Shown here in pieces: positions 62,414-64,000 of a stretch of DNA of 64,000 nt. Both the position numbers and the translations under genes were made by a program. Where the stretch lies: positions 19,034-83,033 of the forward strand of contig CAZMKE010000019.1 in NCBI GenBank assembly GCA_964566945.1, written 5' to 3'. Under the pieces are notes generated by a model. That model was not told the DNA's origin. It did not search any database and worked only from the letters and a program-made list of their open reading frames with translations. Position 1 is the stretch's first letter. Every line of letters begins with the position of its first letter. This stretch comes from an uncultured Verrucomicrobiota bacterium. GTDB lineage: Bacteria; Verrucomicrobiota; Verrucomicrobiia; Limisphaerales; SXQI01.

Positions 62414-64000
62414 TTGCCAAAGCCCGCGGGTGCCGATGGTCGCGGTGCAATCTGGGCGCGGGTAACCTGCCGGTTCGCGTTTCTTCTCCTGGCGAGCGCG
62501 ATGGCCATCGCGAGCGGGCTTGCGCAAGATCCGCCCCCCGAAAGCCCAGCGCCGGCTCCACCGTTGCTCAGCGTGCGCAACTTCCTGGTGGATGCGGCGC
62601 ACCTCGGCGAAACCAACCAGGTGCGAGTCCAGGGAACCGTCACCCACTCCATTTCGGACCGGACCTATTTTATTCAGGATGATGGCGCGGGCGTTTACGT
62701 ATTTCACAAGCCTGACGTGCCGTTCCATCCCGGCGAACGGCTGGAAGTGACCGGCTACCCGTCCCTCGGAGGGGCTCTCCCGACCCTGCAAAAGTGCACC
62801 GCGCGGTTGATCGGCCTCGGCAGCGTGCCGCCGGCGCGGGATATCACCGGGACGGAAATCCTTTCGCCGGCTCACGCCATGACTCGCGTGCGCGTGCGTG
62901 GCATTCTGGTCGACGGCGACCTGATGAGCGGCCGCCTGATTGTGCTCCACCCGACGGACGGCGGTCCAAGTTTTCAGGTTAATCTCGAGGCGATCGACAA
63001 CCCGTCGATTCTCTCCCGGCCCGAGCCCGGCAGCCTGCTCGAAGCGGTGGGCGTGCTCGTTCAACGCTCGGGGCGCGATTCCCGCCCCTCGAGCGGCTCG
63101 ATCCTGGTGAGCAACAGTTCCGACCTACGGATCCTTTCCGGACCGCCCTTCTGGACTCTCCGGCGCGTGGGCGAAGCGTTGATTGGCCTGATGGTGGTTC
63201 TGGTCCTGGCCCTCGTCTGGGTGTGGATGCTGCGCAAACAGGTGCGCAGCCAAACCCGCCTGGTGGAGGAAAGATTCGAGCGCGAAGCCACGCTGCGGGC
63301 GCTCGAAGACCGGTTCGCCAAGGTCTTCCGAGCCGTGCCGGACGGGATGGTGATCACCCGGGCGGCGGATGACCTGATCCTTGAGGTCAACCCTGCCTTC
63401 GAAGCTCTCGCCGGAGCGGACGCCGCGAAACTCGTGAACCAAAAAGAGAGCGCGCTCGGCCTTTGGCAGAATCCGGCCAATCAGCAAAAGGCGCTGACTG
63501 AGCTGGCCGACCGCAGCTCCCTGGCCAATTTCGAGTGCGCGCTCCGATCTTCCGCAGGCCAGGCGATCACCTGCCTTTACGCTGCCGAATGGATCGAGCT
63601 AAAGGGTGAACGCTGCCGCCTTGGCATCTTCCGGAACATTACCGAGCAGAAGCGCTTTGAGGAGGAGCGACGGGCCCTGCAGACGCAGCTTGAGAGAACT
63701 CAGCGCATCGAATCACTCGGCACTCTGGCCGGAGGGATTGCGCACGATTTCAACAACATTCTCGCCGCCATCCTGGGAAATGCCGAACTGGCCCGCCAGG
63801 GTGGCCAGCTTCCCGAGGACGCTCTGCAATCGCTGGAAGAAATCCGCAAGGCATCGCTCCGCGGGCGCAGCCTGGTCGACCGAATTCTCTCCTTCAACCG
63901 TTCCCAAGCCCAGACGCGAACCCCGATTTCTCTCGGCCCGATCATCGCCGAAGCGGGTGGCCTGCTCCGCGCGACTCTGCCAGCTGCCATCACGCTCGAG
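62414..64000 (+). CDS. PAS-domain sensor histidine kinase; 3' end truncated by the window edge
   Basis: Not in the ORF track because it runs off the edge. My translation gives a signal/TM segment RFAFLLLASAMAIASGLAQ and a periplasmic domain. A TM segment VGEALIGLMVVLVLALVWVWML follows, then a PAS block (FRAVPDGMVITRAADDLILEVNPAFEAL) and the H-box LGTLAGGIAHDFNNILAAILG. The start is approximate: an in-frame TTG at 62414, and the ATG at 62501 would cut the signal peptide. Confidence 0.75.
   Translation, partial: MPKPAGADGRGAIWARVTCRFAFLLLASAMAIASGLAQDPPPESPAPAPPLLSVRNFLVDAAHLGETNQVRVQGTVTHSISDRTYFIQDDGAGVYVFHKPDVPFHPGERLEVTGYPSLGGALPTLQKCTARLIGLGSVPPARDITGTEILSPAHAMTRVRVRGILVDGDLMSGRLIVLHPTDGGPSFQVNLEAIDNPSILSRPEPGSLLEAVGVLVQRSGRDSRPSSGSILVSNSSDLRILSGPPFWTLRRVGEALIGLMVVLVLALVWVWMLRKQVRSQTRLVEERFEREATLRALEDRFAKVFRAVPDGMVITRAADDLILEVNPAFEALAGADAAKLVNQKESALGLWQNPANQQKALTELADRSSLANFECALRSSAGQAITCLYAAEWIELKGERCRLGIFRNITEQKRFEEERRALQTQLERTQRIESLGTLAGGIAHDFNNILAAILGNAELARQGGQLPEDALQSLEEIRKASLRGRSLVDRILSFNRSQAQTRTPISLGPIIAEAGGLLRATLPAAITLE

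Noticed and set aside
1-64000. A search by eye for tRNA, rRNA, CRISPR arrays, transposases/integrases, phage genes, toxin-antitoxin pairs and known defence genes.
   Set aside because: I could support none of these. The intergenic regions are short apart from those discussed and contain no cloverleaf-like or spaced direct-repeat patterns. A tRNAscan/Infernal/CRISPR-finder run would be needed for a definitive negative.

Overview
This is a GC-rich bacterial chromosomal segment. Its gene content looks like the PVC superphylum (Verrucomicrobiota/Planctomycetota), an inference from DUF1501 plus DUF1549/DUF1553 gene pairs, PEP-CTERM proteins, giant Ig-repeat surface proteins and CotH/LTD proteins. 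I support about 37 protein-coding genes. Two of them run off the window edges and are therefore missing from the ORF track: 1..2070 (-) and about 62414..64000 (+). Housekeeping genes are hisD-hisC, glgP, rnhA and an M20 dipeptidase. I found no rRNA, tRNA, CRISPR array, transposase or phage genes. Many of the longest ORFs in the track are antisense shadows of real genes, as expected at this GC content. The most interesting region is 32.2-46.3 kb. It holds a cupredoxin-like gene, a CHASE2 hybrid histidine kinase and a sigma54-dependent activator. Next to these are three canonically spaced sigma54 (-24/-12) promoters, each preceded by TGTTCC/GGAACA inverted repeats. Those promoters drive only secreted or outer-membrane proteins: a FecR-TPR-beta-barrel fusion with an upstream 3x-repeat secreted protein, a five-Ig-domain protein, and two small secreted beta-sandwich-like proteins. 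Other notable items:
- A ~370-400 bp non-coding repeat pair that is better conserved than the PEP-CTERM paralogues it flanks (15.9-21.2 kb).
- A MITE-like inverted-repeat element in two copies.
- A small 'W...FYR' module shared by six otherwise unrelated exported proteins.
All domain calls come from motif recognition by eye, not from database searches.
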